This document shows, piece by piece, positions 29,729 through 39,760 of a stretch of DNA of 64,000 bases. The position numbers and the translations under genes are program-made. The DNA lies in NCBI GenBank assembly GCA_947174665.1, contig CAMWJV010000005.1, forward strand, positions 356 through 64,355, in the 5' to 3' direction. The notes below the pieces were generated by a model. It had not been told where the DNA came from. It did no database searches and saw only the letters and a program-made list of their open reading frames with translations. The first letter of the stretch is position 1, and each line of letters starts with the position of its first letter. This DNA is from an uncultured Lachnospiraceae bacterium (GTDB lineage Bacteria > Bacillota > Clostridia > Lachnospirales > Lachnospiraceae).

Positions 29729-32148
29729 GTAAAAATGAATATGAAAAAAAGAGCGAAAAAATATATCATGGCATTACCCACATCAACGATGAAATTGTGG
29801 AAGAGGCCGAAAATGCGAAATCTGCGGCAGCACCGGCGAAGAAAACATCCCTTTGGAAAATCGGAGGCCTGGCGGCAGCCTGCCTGTGTCTCCTGGCTGT
29901 GGGATCCGTCATCCTGCTTCACGGGTCAGGAGATCAGGACCCCGGTGAATCAGGGAATCCCGGCGGCCTCGTAGTCCAGAATACCCCCCTGCCCACGGAT
30001 GAGGGCGATATCAATGTGACACCCTCCCCCGCTCCCACCGCAGACACAACTGCAGAACCTACCATGCTTCCGGAAAACATACCGGTCATAACCCTGGCAG
30101 ACATGTCCACAAGACCCATGCTTCTCAGTGCGGCATCGGATCCTGATATCAGCGTGACTCCCTGCGTGGCTCCCTATACAATAGAGCCGGACCTGAGCAA
30201 CGCCATAAATCTGGATCGGTTTTGGGATCTGAACGCAAATGAAGACAAGGCGGCTCAGTTGGCTCGAAATGGGTTTTTAGTGGATTCCGACAGCGGTGCC
30301 AGCGAATTTTTTGAAGTATATGAATACAACCGGTATGCACAGGTTCCAAACTTCGTGACGGTCGACTCCCTGATGCACACCTACCATCTCTATTTCAGCT
30401 ATCTCCTGCGAAACATAGAGCGGAGTTACCTCTCAGACAGCCTCACCCGGTTAAGCGGCAGAATGCTGGAAGCCAGCGCCACCCAGTATGAGCAGCTTAA
30501 GGGCAGTGAGTGGGAGGATGCCGCCCGGCGCAATGTTGCTTTCTTTACCGTAGGAGCCTGCCTGCTTGACGACAGCACCGTGGTGAGAGACTATGCGGCG
30601 GACACCGTGCAGCATGAGCTGGACTGCATCAGCCGGGCAGACAGTACTGTCGAATCCACCATAACAGGCGAGTTTGAGGATTATACCCAGTATATCCCCC
30701 GGGGTTACTATGAGGGAGATGAACAACTGGAAAAATACTTTAAGGCCATGATGTGGTATGGCAGAATGCACTTCCGCCAGGAAGATGAAAGCCTGGACAG
30801 AAGCGCCCTTCTCATCACCATGGCCCTTGCCGCCGACTCAGAGGCCTATAAAATTTGGGAAGCCATCTATGCGGTAACCTCCTTTTTTGCAGGTTCCAGT
30901 GATGATTTCGGCGTAAGCGAATATGCACCTGCCATCTGCGAAGCCTACGGCAATGACGCAGCCGTTGCCGACCTGCCGGGAAACAGCGCCGCCTTTGACT
31001 CTTTTCATGCCATGACTGCTCAGCTGCCTCCTCCGGCAATCAATTCCGTTCCCATAGAGGACGGTGAAAGCAATGTAATTCCCGGCTTTCGGTTTATGGG
31101 ACAGAGATTTACCATCGATGCCGCCATTATGCAAAAGCTTATCTACAGCAGCGTAAAAGAAAACAGTGAAGGCGACCGGCGGATGCTCCCGGATGTGCTG
31201 GATGTGGCCGCAGCTCTGGGCAGCGATACCGCACTTGCTATTCTGGAAGAAAACGGAGCCACCGACTATAAAGGTTATTCAGAGAACATGACCCTGCTTC
31301 GGGAGGGCCTGTCACAGGAAAATGAGACCCTGTGGTCCGCAAGCCTGTATGCCGGCTGGCTGAACACACTCCGCCCCCTGCTTGAGACCAAGGGCGAGGG
31401 GTATCCTGTATTTATGCAGAATGAGGAGTGGACAAAGAAAAACCTTGAATGCTTTTCCGGCAGCTTTGCGGAACTGAAGCATGACACCGTCCTCTACACC
31501 AAGCAGGTAATTGCGGAGATGGGCGGCGGCTGGGATGAAAACATAGATGACAGAGGCTATGTGGAGCCGGAACCGCTGGTCTATGCAAGGTTCCTCAATC
31601 TTGCTGACCTCACTGCCCAGGGCCTCAGGAAATACGGTGTTCTCACTCCGGAGCAGGAGGAAGACCTGTCCCGTCTGTCGCAGATAGCCCGACAGCTCCT
31701 GACTATATCGTGCAAAGAACTGCAGGATGAAACCCTGACCGATGATGAATATGAATTCATCCGCTCTTATGGCGGCAATATAGAACACTTTTGGTATGAG
31801 GCTTCGAAGGACGTCGCCGATTCCGAATGGTTCGACAGCAGGGAATGTCCCGCCCCCATTGTGGTGGACATTGCCACAGACCCCAACGGACAGGTACTTG
31901 AGATTGCCACAGGCGAACCCTCAAGCATATTCGTGGTCGTAAAGGTGGACGGCGTCATAAAAATTGCTCGCGGAAGCGTATATTCCTTCTATCAGTTTTC
32001 CTGGCCGGCGGGGGACAGACTGACCGACACCAGGTGGCGGCAGCTGATAGGCTGTCAGCAGGATGAGGACGGATATTACAATTTTGATAACCCTTTTGAC
32101 CAGCCGGAATGGACAGACAGCTATCGATATGAACAGAACCACAACTAA
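29725..32148 (+). CDS. Membrane-anchored DUF3160-family protein with anti-sigma-like N-terminus
   Basis: ATGA-coupled to the ECF gene; ITHINDEIVEEA then TM; DYTQYIPRGYY, YFKAMMWYGR, FMGQRFTID, AELKHDTVLY. Confidence 0.75.
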   Translation: MSKNEYEKKSEKIYHGITHINDEIVEEAENAKSAAAPAKKTSLWKIGGLAAACLCLLAVGSVILLHGSGDQDPGESGNPGGLVVQNTPLPTDEGDINVTPSPAPTADTTAEPTMLPENIPVITLADMSTRPMLLSAASDPDISVTPCVAPYTIEPDLSNAINLDRFWDLNANEDKAAQLARNGFLVDSDSGASEFFEVYEYNRYAQVPNFVTVDSLMHTYHLYFSYLLRNIERSYLSDSLTRLSGRMLEASATQYEQLKGSEWEDAARRNVAFFTVGACLLDDSTVVRDYAADTVQHELDCISRADSTVESTITGEFEDYTQYIPRGYYEGDEQLEKYFKAMMWYGRMHFRQEDESLDRSALLITMALAADSEAYKIWEAIYAVTSFFAGSSDDFGVSEYAPAICEAYGNDAAVADLPGNSAAFDSFHAMTAQLPPPAINSVPIEDGESNVIPGFRFMGQRFTIDAAIMQKLIYSSVKENSEGDRRMLPDVLDVAAALGSDTALAILEENGATDYKGYSENMTLLREGLSQENETLWSASLYAGWLNTLRPLLETKGEGYPVFMQNEEWTKKNLECFSGSFAELKHDTVLYTKQVIAEMGGGWDENIDDRGYVEPEPLVYARFLNLADLTAQGLRKYGVLTPEQEEDLSRLSQIARQLLTISCKELQDETLTDDEYEFIRSYGGNIEHFWYEASKDVADSEWFDSRECPAPIVVDIATDPNGQVLEIATGEPSSIFVVVKVDGVIKIARGSVYSFYQFSWPAGDRLTDTRWRQLIGCQQDEDGYYNFDNPFDQPEWTDSYRYEQNHN

Positions 32149-33733
32149 GAAGAAACCGTTAAAAACTGCATTGATCCTTGTCCCGGTATTGTTGACGGCA
32201 CTGACGCTGGCGGCAGCTGCGGCGTATGCCCTTTGGAATGCAGGCGCTTTCCTGCCCCGGTGGATCCGGTGGACTGACGCATCCTTTCAGGATGAGACGG
32301 GGGATTATCAGATTACGCTCAGCCATAAAACCGTCAGCGTCACATGGCAAGGCAGCGCCGTCGGACAGAACACCTCCACCGAACAGGATAGCGCCGCCGG
32401 GCGGGACTCCGCCGGACGCGGCGCTGTCATATGGACCTCTCCGAAGGGCGTAAAGGTTCAAAAAGTGCTGTCCGCCGACATCGACAATGACCACCGGGAA
32501 GAGCTTATACTGCTCTGCTGGAAAATAGGACGTTACGGCAAGGACAGGCCCTTCTGGGTGGAAAAAGACGAAAAGAAGTGGTCGCAGCACCTCTTTGTGT
32601 ATGAGTATGTCAACGGAGAAATCAAGCCAAAGTGGATGTCTTCTTACCTGGGAAAGGATTTAGCGGATGTCTCCACATACCGCAGGGCAGATTCTCTGAA
32701 CCGGCTTTTGTTTACGGATTTGAATGGTGAGACAAGCTGCTGGAAATGGGATTCCTGGGGCTTCACCTTAGAGGACACCGCCGTTTCCTTTGTTGCTTTC
32801 GGAGACAATCTCATTCATGAGCCCTTATATAACTATGGCTTGCAAAACGACGAGGCTTTTGGGTTTTTATTTGAAAATTTTCAGAATACTATTTCAGAAA
32901 GCGATGTGGCTGTCATTAACCAGGAGACGCCGTTGGTGGACAATCCTCTCCTGTACAGCGACTATCCCCGGTTCGGCACTCCCATCGGCGTGGGGGAGGC
33001 CATTGTAAATGCTGGTTTTGATGTGGTGACCTGCGCCACAAATCATGCCCTGGACAAAGGAAAAGACGGAGTCAAAACCACGAGGGAATTCTTTGACTCC
33101 CGGAACGTAACGTGTTTAGGAATACAGACTGAAGAAGAGACAGAATACCGGCCCTATGAAATCATCGCGAAAAAGGGCATCCGCTTTGCGCTTCTCAACT
33201 ATACCTACGGCACAAACGGCATAAAAATTCCCGATGATGCCCCCCATATGGTTCACCTTCTGGATGATGAGGAGAGAATCAGAAAAGATATTGAAAACGC
33301 CCGGGCGGAAGCTGACTTTGTCATCCTCTTCGTTCACTGGGGCACGGAGAATTCCACAGAAACAGACGAATTCCAGAAAAAATGGACTGAGGTTTTTCTG
33401 GACGGCCGTGTGGATGTAGTCATCGGCACACATCCCCACGCTCTCCAGCCCTGTGAAGTCCTGACGGCAGAAGACGGGCACGAAATGCTGGTTTACTATT
33501 CCATCGGCAATTTCATCAGCACCCAGCCCGAGCAGGTATGCACAAAGGGCGGCATGGCAAGTTTCACCGTGTCGCCCACTGCTGACGGATATAAAATTAC
33601 GGAATATTCCCTGGAGCCTCTGGCCATCACCTGGCACAAGGGCGGCAGATATACAGTTGATTACGCTTTCACGCCAAATCCTCCGCCCGACAGCCTCTCC
33701 TCAAATTCCGCTTCGGGAATCGGTTTGGAATAA
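32129..33733 (+). CDS. CapA/PgsA-family metallophosphoesterase-fold membrane protein
   Basis: GDNLIH, NQET, ATNHALD, HWG.E, GTHPH, YSIGNF; N-terminal TM. Confidence 0.85.
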   Translation: MNRTTTKKKPLKTALILVPVLLTALTLAAAAAYALWNAGAFLPRWIRWTDASFQDETGDYQITLSHKTVSVTWQGSAVGQNTSTEQDSAAGRDSAGRGAVIWTSPKGVKVQKVLSADIDNDHREELILLCWKIGRYGKDRPFWVEKDEKKWSQHLFVYEYVNGEIKPKWMSSYLGKDLADVSTYRRADSLNRLLFTDLNGETSCWKWDSWGFTLEDTAVSFVAFGDNLIHEPLYNYGLQNDEAFGFLFENFQNTISESDVAVINQETPLVDNPLLYSDYPRFGTPIGVGEAIVNAGFDVVTCATNHALDKGKDGVKTTREFFDSRNVTCLGIQTEEETEYRPYEIIAKKGIRFALLNYTYGTNGIKIPDDAPHMVHLLDDEERIRKDIENARAEADFVILFVHWGTENSTETDEFQKKWTEVFLDGRVDVVIGTHPHALQPCEVLTAEDGHEMLVYYSIGNFISTQPEQVCTKGGMASFTVSPTADGYKITEYSLEPLAITWHKGGRYTVDYAFTPNPPPDSLSSNSASGIGLE

Positions 33734-36579
33734 AAATATCCCTGGGCAACATTTGCTCCGATTTCCTGCATCAGCCGGATATCTGCCTCCGTCTCCACTC
33801 CCTCGCAGACAATCTGGGCCTCCAGGTTTTGCGCCATGTTCACGATACCGCGCATGATCGCAACCTGTCTTGTATGATCCTGCTGGTTGAGCAGGAAAGA
33901 ACGATCCAGCTTAATCACAGCTGCCGGAATCTGCTCAAAGATTCCCAATGAGGAATGGCCTGCTCCAAAGTCGTCAATGGAGAGATGAATTCCCTTCTGG
34001 TGCAGCGTATCCAGAGTCTCCTTTACCGTATTCTGCTGAAGCTTCTCAATCACAAGAGTTTCTGTAATCTCCACCTCGATCAGATTCCTGTCTATCTGAT
34101 ATTTATTGAGAACCCCTTCAAACTTTTCTGCAAAACCCGGTTTGATAAAATGCATTCTGGAAAAATTGCAGGAGACGGTGACAACTTTCTCCCCTGCATC
34201 CAGGCGTTTTCTCAGCATCCTGCACACAGATTCATAAACAAAGAAATCAATCTCTGTGATTCTTCCCGTCTGCTCATAGTAAGGAACAAAAAATCCCGGT
34301 GCCTTGACCGCCCCGCCCTCCGCAGGGTTCAAAAACCTTACCAGTGCTTCCGCACCGACGATTTCTCCGTTCCGAATATCAACCTTCGGCTGATAATAAA
34401 CTACAAAATCCTTCCACACATCCACTGACTGCAGCAGCTTCTCACGCTCATGGCGCTCCTTGATCATCTGTTCCAGCTTATCGTCATAGACCTTAATGGC
34501 ATTGTCATCTCTGTCACCCGTGAAATCCAGAGCCTGGCTGGCATAGTTCAATGCAACCTGCAGATCCTTTCCATGCTGTCCCAAAAAATACAGCCCCATC
34601 CGCACCGGCATATAGTTTTCCGTCTTCTTATAAATATACCCTTCCACTGTATTTTTGAGGGAGTTCAGCCGCTCCAGCAGCGTTTCCTGCTGTCCGCAGG
34701 TCAGCAGCAGCGCAAAGCGGTCTCCCTGATTCCTGGCACAAATCTCAAGGTTCCGGTCCACACTGCTTGTTAAAAGGTCCGCTATGCCTTCCAGCAGCTT
34801 CTCGCCGGCATCCCATCCGTAAATAATATTATAATGACGGAACTGTGACACATTCAGATACACCACAGCATAATTATTCTTATGTTCCGGCAGCAGCCTG
34901 CGCTCTCCCCAGTATATCAGGTAATTCAGATTCCAGATGTCCATAAAGGTATCTTTATACATCAGCTTACGGATTTTCTGTTCGTCTCTGATAATATGCG
35001 CTGCCACGGAAAGCACCAAGATCAAAACACCCAGCAGTATCAAGATGATCACAGAACTGTGGTTCCGGATAAAAGTACGGAGATTTGCCAGGGGATATAC
35101 ATTCGCCTTCAGCATATACTCATTGATCGCCCGATAGTCAATCGAAGTGATCGTCTTTGCCAGAATGGCAGAGAGCAGCCTGTCTTCCTCCCGCACCACC
35201 ACGGAAATGGGATACTCGCTCTTAAACACATTCTTTATCTGTAGATTCTCATATTGAAAATCCGTCCGAAACAGATCCTCCGCCATATATCCGTCACACA
35301 GGACAGCATCCGCTTCCCCGTTTTTAACGGCCTTCAGGCCCGCCTGTTGTGTATCATAGATCTTTATTTCTACATTCTGCAGCAAAACTGCGGATTTTGC
35401 CTCATTCTCGAGATAAGAAACTGTGCCAAGAGTCTTAATATCACTCATATTTCTGTTCTTATCCATCACAAGAACCAGAGGAACATCTGCATATTCCCGC
35501 GCCGCCGTGAGATAATGCCTGTCCAGAACCTCCTTTGAATCCGCACTGTACACCAGGATGTCAATATCTCCATCCTGCAGGGCTTTTCTGGCTCTCCCTT
35601 CATCCTTCAGACACACATACTCCAGCCGTTGTCCCGTCATGGAAATGCTGCTCTCCAGCATTTCCCTGGAAAGGCCCTTAAACTCGCCGTCATCCTCGTA
35701 GGAAAAGGGATAATGCCCGTCCAGATACCCCACCACGAGCAGATCCGTCTCCTCCAGATATTCCTTCTCCTCCGTGGTAAGCAGGGCCGCCTTGTCAAAT
35801 CTGTTGTAATAAAATGTATTCATCAGCTCCGCTTCCAGCCCCGGCTGATTGATCTTCAGATCCGCAATGGCCTGGTTCAGTTCCCGCATCACATCTTCAT
35901 TGCCCTGGTAACTGATATAATAGAAGGGGCGGGGTGCAAAACGCCCGATCAGGCGCTGTCCTTCCTTAATCTCCGTAAAAGTATGTACCAGCGCGTCAAT
36001 CTCCCCCGCATCCAGCGCCTGCTGAAGCTTTTCGGTTGACTCATATTCCTTAACTACAGGAAAATCGATTCCATTATCCGAAAGATACTGCAGGAACTCC
36101 TCCTTCCGGACATAGTTCTCTACCATGCCAAAGGTAACACGCCGCATGGCAAGAAAATCTTCATATGCAATAGTACCATCCGCATTGGTCGCGATTACCC
36201 CGAAGGTATAACCGCTGGCAAGATCCGCATACTGGTAAATCTCCGCCCGGCTTGCGGAATACTGAGCGGAACCCACCAGATCAACCTCCTTATCCGCCAG
36301 CATCTGCAGCGCCTGCTCCCAGCTGGAGCACTCCACATACTCAATATTCCAGTCCGCATAATCGCATAACGCCCTCAGATAGGACACATCCATACCATCC
36401 AGGCTTCCGTCCTGATTTTTGATGTGGTAGCCGTCCATGGGAAAAAAGGCAACTTTCACTTGCCGTCTCTCCGCTGCGTGAACCTCACCCTTTCCAAATG
36501 TTAAAAGAAGGCTTAATATCCCCAGCCCCAGCATGATACAGGCCATTGCAACCGGCCTTCTTCTTGTGTTCTTTCCCAA
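33661..36579 (-). CDS. c-di-GMP phosphodiesterase: two family-3 solute-binding sensor domains, TM, degenerate GGDEF and EAL
   Basis: GAEALVR, EITET, IDDFGAGHSS, EGVET, QGYFYSKP; GGDEF site reads QGDRF; 3' end overlaps the convergent CapA gene by 73 bp. Confidence 0.9.
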   Translation of the reverse strand: MGKNTRRRPVAMACIMLGLGILSLLLTFGKGEVHAAERRQVKVAFFPMDGYHIKNQDGSLDGMDVSYLRALCDYADWNIEYVECSSWEQALQMLADKEVDLVGSAQYSASRAEIYQYADLASGYTFGVIATNADGTIAYEDFLAMRRVTFGMVENYVRKEEFLQYLSDNGIDFPVVKEYESTEKLQQALDAGEIDALVHTFTEIKEGQRLIGRFAPRPFYYISYQGNEDVMRELNQAIADLKINQPGLEAELMNTFYYNRFDKAALLTTEEKEYLEETDLLVVGYLDGHYPFSYEDDGEFKGLSREMLESSISMTGQRLEYVCLKDEGRARKALQDGDIDILVYSADSKEVLDRHYLTAAREYADVPLVLVMDKNRNMSDIKTLGTVSYLENEAKSAVLLQNVEIKIYDTQQAGLKAVKNGEADAVLCDGYMAEDLFRTDFQYENLQIKNVFKSEYPISVVVREEDRLLSAILAKTITSIDYRAINEYMLKANVYPLANLRTFIRNHSSVIILILLGVLILVLSVAAHIIRDEQKIRKLMYKDTFMDIWNLNYLIYWGERRLLPEHKNNYAVVYLNVSQFRHYNIIYGWDAGEKLLEGIADLLTSSVDRNLEICARNQGDRFALLLTCGQQETLLERLNSLKNTVEGYIYKKTENYMPVRMGLYFLGQHGKDLQVALNYASQALDFTGDRDDNAIKVYDDKLEQMIKERHEREKLLQSVDVWKDFVVYYQPKVDIRNGEIVGAEALVRFLNPAEGGAVKAPGFFVPYYEQTGRITEIDFFVYESVCRMLRKRLDAGEKVVTVSCNFSRMHFIKPGFAEKFEGVLNKYQIDRNLIEVEITETLVIEKLQQNTVKETLDTLHQKGIHLSIDDFGAGHSSLGIFEQIPAAVIKLDRSFLLNQQDHTRQVAIMRGIVNMAQNLEAQIVCEGVETEADIRLMQEIGANVAQGYFYSKPIPEAEFEERLSGGGFGVKA

Positions 36580-36701
36580 CTGTCTAAAATGCTTAATAAG
36601 ATCACTTCCCTTGCAACATTATTATGCAATTTTATTATGCACCTTTATCATACACTTTTTTTGGAATTTCGTCCATCAAATTTTTCCCCAAACCCACCCT
36701 C

Positions 36702-36867
36702 ATCCGACAGTTGACGCAATGGTAGTAATAAAAAAATGTAACGATGCGCGTGTATCAATACGGGACATGCGTTATTAAATAGGGAGTTGAACCCCTTGGA
36801 GGCGGTCCGCGCCTCTACCTGAGTCGGCACATTCTCTGCCGGAGAGGATACATCCACTCTGTCGGAT
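36702..36867 (-). ncRNA. Candidate structured ncRNA downstream of the DIP1984-family gene
   Basis: 9-bp closing helix AUCCGACAG/CUGUCGGAU enclosing five hairpins, one with a T-loop (GGGG-UUCAACU-CCCU). Confidence 0.55.
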
Positions 36868-36892
36868 TACCAGCTGTAAAATAAAATATGTT

Positions 36893-37345
36893 TTACACTA
36901 ATTCCGTTGTCCAGTTCAGTTCCTGGATCAACTCGTCACATTCGCGCAATTCCTTTGACAGCGCATCCACCTTTTTCTGCATTTCGGATACCGGTACGGT
37001 GCTCATGATCTTGATTTCGGAGTGAGTCATCCGATTTACCCTGCTGCTTGCGTTGTCCAGAAAATTCCGCATGATCTGAATTTTGCTTTTAAGGCAGTCC
37101 CTGTGGGCCAGAAGCTCCGTGATGGTCCTGCCGTTGTGAACCGTGTCGCTGTTGGTCAGATTGATCTTTGCAATTAACTCTTCCAGCCTGTCCACAATCC
37201 TGTCCAGCTCGGCTATAAGCTCTTCCGGTGCCTCCGAAGGTTCCTCTCCCTCCTGCACCTTTGCGTTTTGGTTTAAGCGGATTCCAAGCTCGGACAGCTT
37301 TTTCTGCAAATCTGCTCTTTCGGATAATGCCGTTGCCAGTTTCAT
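36893..37345 (-). CDS. DIP1984-family coiled-coil protein
   Basis: MKLATALSERADLQ, NAKVQEGEEPSE.P, INLTN, IQELNWTTEL; GGAGG RBS. Confidence 0.85.
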   Translation of the reverse strand: MKLATALSERADLQKKLSELGIRLNQNAKVQEGEEPSEAPEELIAELDRIVDRLEELIAKINLTNSDTVHNGRTITELLAHRDCLKSKIQIMRNFLDNASSRVNRMTHSEIKIMSTVPVSEMQKKVDALSKELRECDELIQELNWTTELV

Positions 37346-37537
37346 CTCTATACCTCCATTTAAAATAATCGGCACTTTTCATTGCCGTAAACAGGAACAT
37401 AGTAAATAATTTAAACACTTAAATTATAACACTTTCGGCTATCATCAGCCACTGTTTTCAAAAAAAGATAGCTTTCGAACCGCGTCTGTGCTATAGTTTT
37501 TTACATATCCGGCAATCAGGTAAAAGGAGACACCATA

Positions 37538-39136
37538 ATGAAAAAATTATCCCTTCTCCCCCGAAAAATACAGACTGAAAAGCTCCTGGTTTTCTTTATT
37601 CTTTTATTGGGCGCTGTGCTACGTCTTGCGGCGCTGGGCTGCATACCTGGCGGAATGCATCAGGATGAAGCCTTTACAGCATGGAATGCCTTTGCTCTGT
37701 TCCATGAAGGCATGGACTCCGCAGGCAACCATTTTCCCGTATATATGGCAACATGGGGCGATGGTCAAAGCGCATTGGCAACATGGCTTACAACGCCCCT
37801 GCTGATATTTTCCGGCGGTCACATAAACTCGTTTTTGAGCAGGCTGCCACAGGCGGTTGTAGCCATTTTCACCCTTTGGGCTGTGTATTGCCTGATGAAA
37901 CGGCTCTTTGGCTCCAGGGCCGGTATATGGAGTCTCTTTCTCCTTGCGATCTGTCCCTGGCATATCGTTATGTCGCGCTGGGGCCTGGACGCTAACTTTG
38001 CGCCCGGTTTCCTGATGTTCGGACTTTACTTCTTTATCCGCAGCCTGGAGCAGGAAAAATTCCTGCCGGCTGCCGCATTGTTCTATGGCCTGAGCCTGTA
38101 CTGTTATGCGGTCATCTGGCCCATCGTGCCCCTCATGCTCGCTCTGCAGATTATATACGGCTTATGTTGTAAAAAGCTTCGCATAAATAAATGGAGTCTG
38201 CTTTCCTGCCTGTTGTTGTTCCTGATTGCATTGCCGTTAATTATATTTGTGCTGATCAATTCCCTTGATCTCCCTCAGATTTCTCTGTTTTTCATCACCA
38301 TTCCCCGAATGAGCGGATTCAGAGGCTCTGAAGTTGCGTGGAGCATACCTGAAATGCTGCATAACCTGCGCAATTCCTTTTCTCTGCTCTGGCATCAAAA
38401 CACCGGGAGCCCCTATGATTTTCTCCTTCCCTGGGGATTATTTTTCGATATAGGACGTGTTTTTATCGTAATCGGCATTGTAGCTCTACTTAAAAACCTG
38501 ATTCTGAAATTTCGCAGCAAAACCTTTGCACCGGAGTTCTTCCTGTTTACTCAACTGGTGGGAGGCGCTATTGTCTGCCTTCAGGTTACCGCAAGGCAGC
38601 ACCAGATTAATGCCCTCTACATACCACTGGTACTCAGCGAGGCATATGGTGTGTGGGCTGTGACGGAATTTGCCCTTAGAAAAAAGAAAATATTGGGAAA
38701 TCTGATAGTCGGCGGACTATCGGCAATTTACCTGATATGCCTGCTGCTGTTCCAATGGGACTATTACACAGATTACCGCAGGCTTACAAGCGCTTACTTT
38801 GCGGAAGGCCTGGAGGACTGCGTAGATTTTGCATGGGAGCAGTGTCAGGAAAAAGGCATCACCACCATAACTGTCGAAAAAGGAGCACAATGGCCCCGAC
38901 TGCTCCTTTATACTGAGACCCTGCCTTCTGAGTACCTTTCTTCCGTTGTCTATGATATTGCTCCGGCTCCGGCGTGCTTTGAGACCAAGGGAATCCGCAT
39001 TAATACAAGAATCAACTATGACAACATCAACCAGGAAAGTATCTATATCATCTATTTTGCGGATGTTTCCGTTTTTGAAGAAGATTTTGCCCTAACGCAG
39101 TTCCATGACTGGTATGTTGCAGTTCCTGCCCGCTGA
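37538..39136 (+). CDS. GT-C fold membrane glycosyltransferase (ArnT/PMT-like, family 39/83)
   Basis: LR...LG..PGG.HQDEA, SRLP, AICPWHIVMSR; multi-TM. Confidence 0.8.
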   Translation: MKKLSLLPRKIQTEKLLVFFILLLGAVLRLAALGCIPGGMHQDEAFTAWNAFALFHEGMDSAGNHFPVYMATWGDGQSALATWLTTPLLIFSGGHINSFLSRLPQAVVAIFTLWAVYCLMKRLFGSRAGIWSLFLLAICPWHIVMSRWGLDANFAPGFLMFGLYFFIRSLEQEKFLPAAALFYGLSLYCYAVIWPIVPLMLALQIIYGLCCKKLRINKWSLLSCLLLFLIALPLIIFVLINSLDLPQISLFFITIPRMSGFRGSEVAWSIPEMLHNLRNSFSLLWHQNTGSPYDFLLPWGLFFDIGRVFIVIGIVALLKNLILKFRSKTFAPEFFLFTQLVGGAIVCLQVTARQHQINALYIPLVLSEAYGVWAVTEFALRKKKILGNLIVGGLSAIYLICLLLFQWDYYTDYRRLTSAYFAEGLEDCVDFAWEQCQEKGITTITVEKGAQWPRLLLYTETLPSEYLSSVVYDIAPAPACFETKGIRINTRINYDNINQESIYIIYFADVSVFEEDFALTQFHDWYVAVPAR

Positions 39137-39307
39137 ATTCATTCCTGTCCTTCTGAATGCTTCTATCTCAATCGCAGGCATAATTGTTGTCAATGCCTGT
39201 CAGGCACCTTCAACGAAAATGCAGGCCTTTGTAAATAACATGTAATTGACTTATGATCAAATAATAATTTTGTTTGAGGAAGTTGCTGTTTTTATCTTTC
39301 CTGTATG

Positions 39308-39340
39308 GATCACCTGCAAAAAGAGTTGTTGCAGGTGATC
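39308..39340. terminator. 12-bp stem hairpin right after the 39342-39704 ORF
   Basis: GATCACCTGCAA-9 nt-TTGCAGGTGATC. Confidence 0.65.
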
Positions 39341-39341
39341 A

Positions 39342-39704
39342 TCACTCTCCGGCCTTAGTAAATTCAAGTAACTTCTTTTTATGCTTTCTCATCCCATCTG
39401 TTTTGTGCTGATAGTTTTCACATCTCCAAAGTTTTTTTCTGCCTGCACTGCAGGCTTCTATATCCAACAAATAATATGCCTCATATGGTGTCTCCGGTCT
39501 TCTGCTGCAAAACGGACAATCCGGATCGGAACATGCCCGATCCAGCCACTCATTGCACGATGCACAACACCATGCATCATATCTGTAAATATGATAAATT
39601 GTTTTTTGCCCGCACTTGGAACACACAGATTCGGAGCGCCAGCCTATTTGTCCCCACTTTAATTGTTTTTTGCGATATTTTAAATATTTTTTTCTGCTTT
39701 TCAT
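39342..39704 (-). CDS. Small basic Cys-rich (putative Zn-binding) hypothetical protein
   Basis: CSKC, CCASC and CSDPDCPFC motifs. Confidence 0.65.
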   Translation of the reverse strand: MKSRKKYLKYRKKQLKWGQIGWRSESVCSKCGQKTIYHIYRYDAWCCASCNEWLDRACSDPDCPFCSRRPETPYEAYYLLDIEACSAGRKKLWRCENYQHKTDGMRKHKKKLLEFTKAGE

Positions 39705-39760
39705 AAATTAACTATATCACAATTTCCCAATGACTTAATCTAAGCAAAATGTAATCCGTT

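Noticed and set aside
36780-36830. tRNA gene suggested by GGTTCAACTCC and GACTCAGGTAGAG
   Set aside because: No 7-bp acceptor stem, 7-nt anticodon loop or CCA; kept only as part of a candidate ncRNA.
36580-36890. c-di-GMP riboswitch upstream of the EAL gene
   Set aside because: Class I/II consensus elements not recognised, and a promoter-like sequence lies between the structure and the gene.
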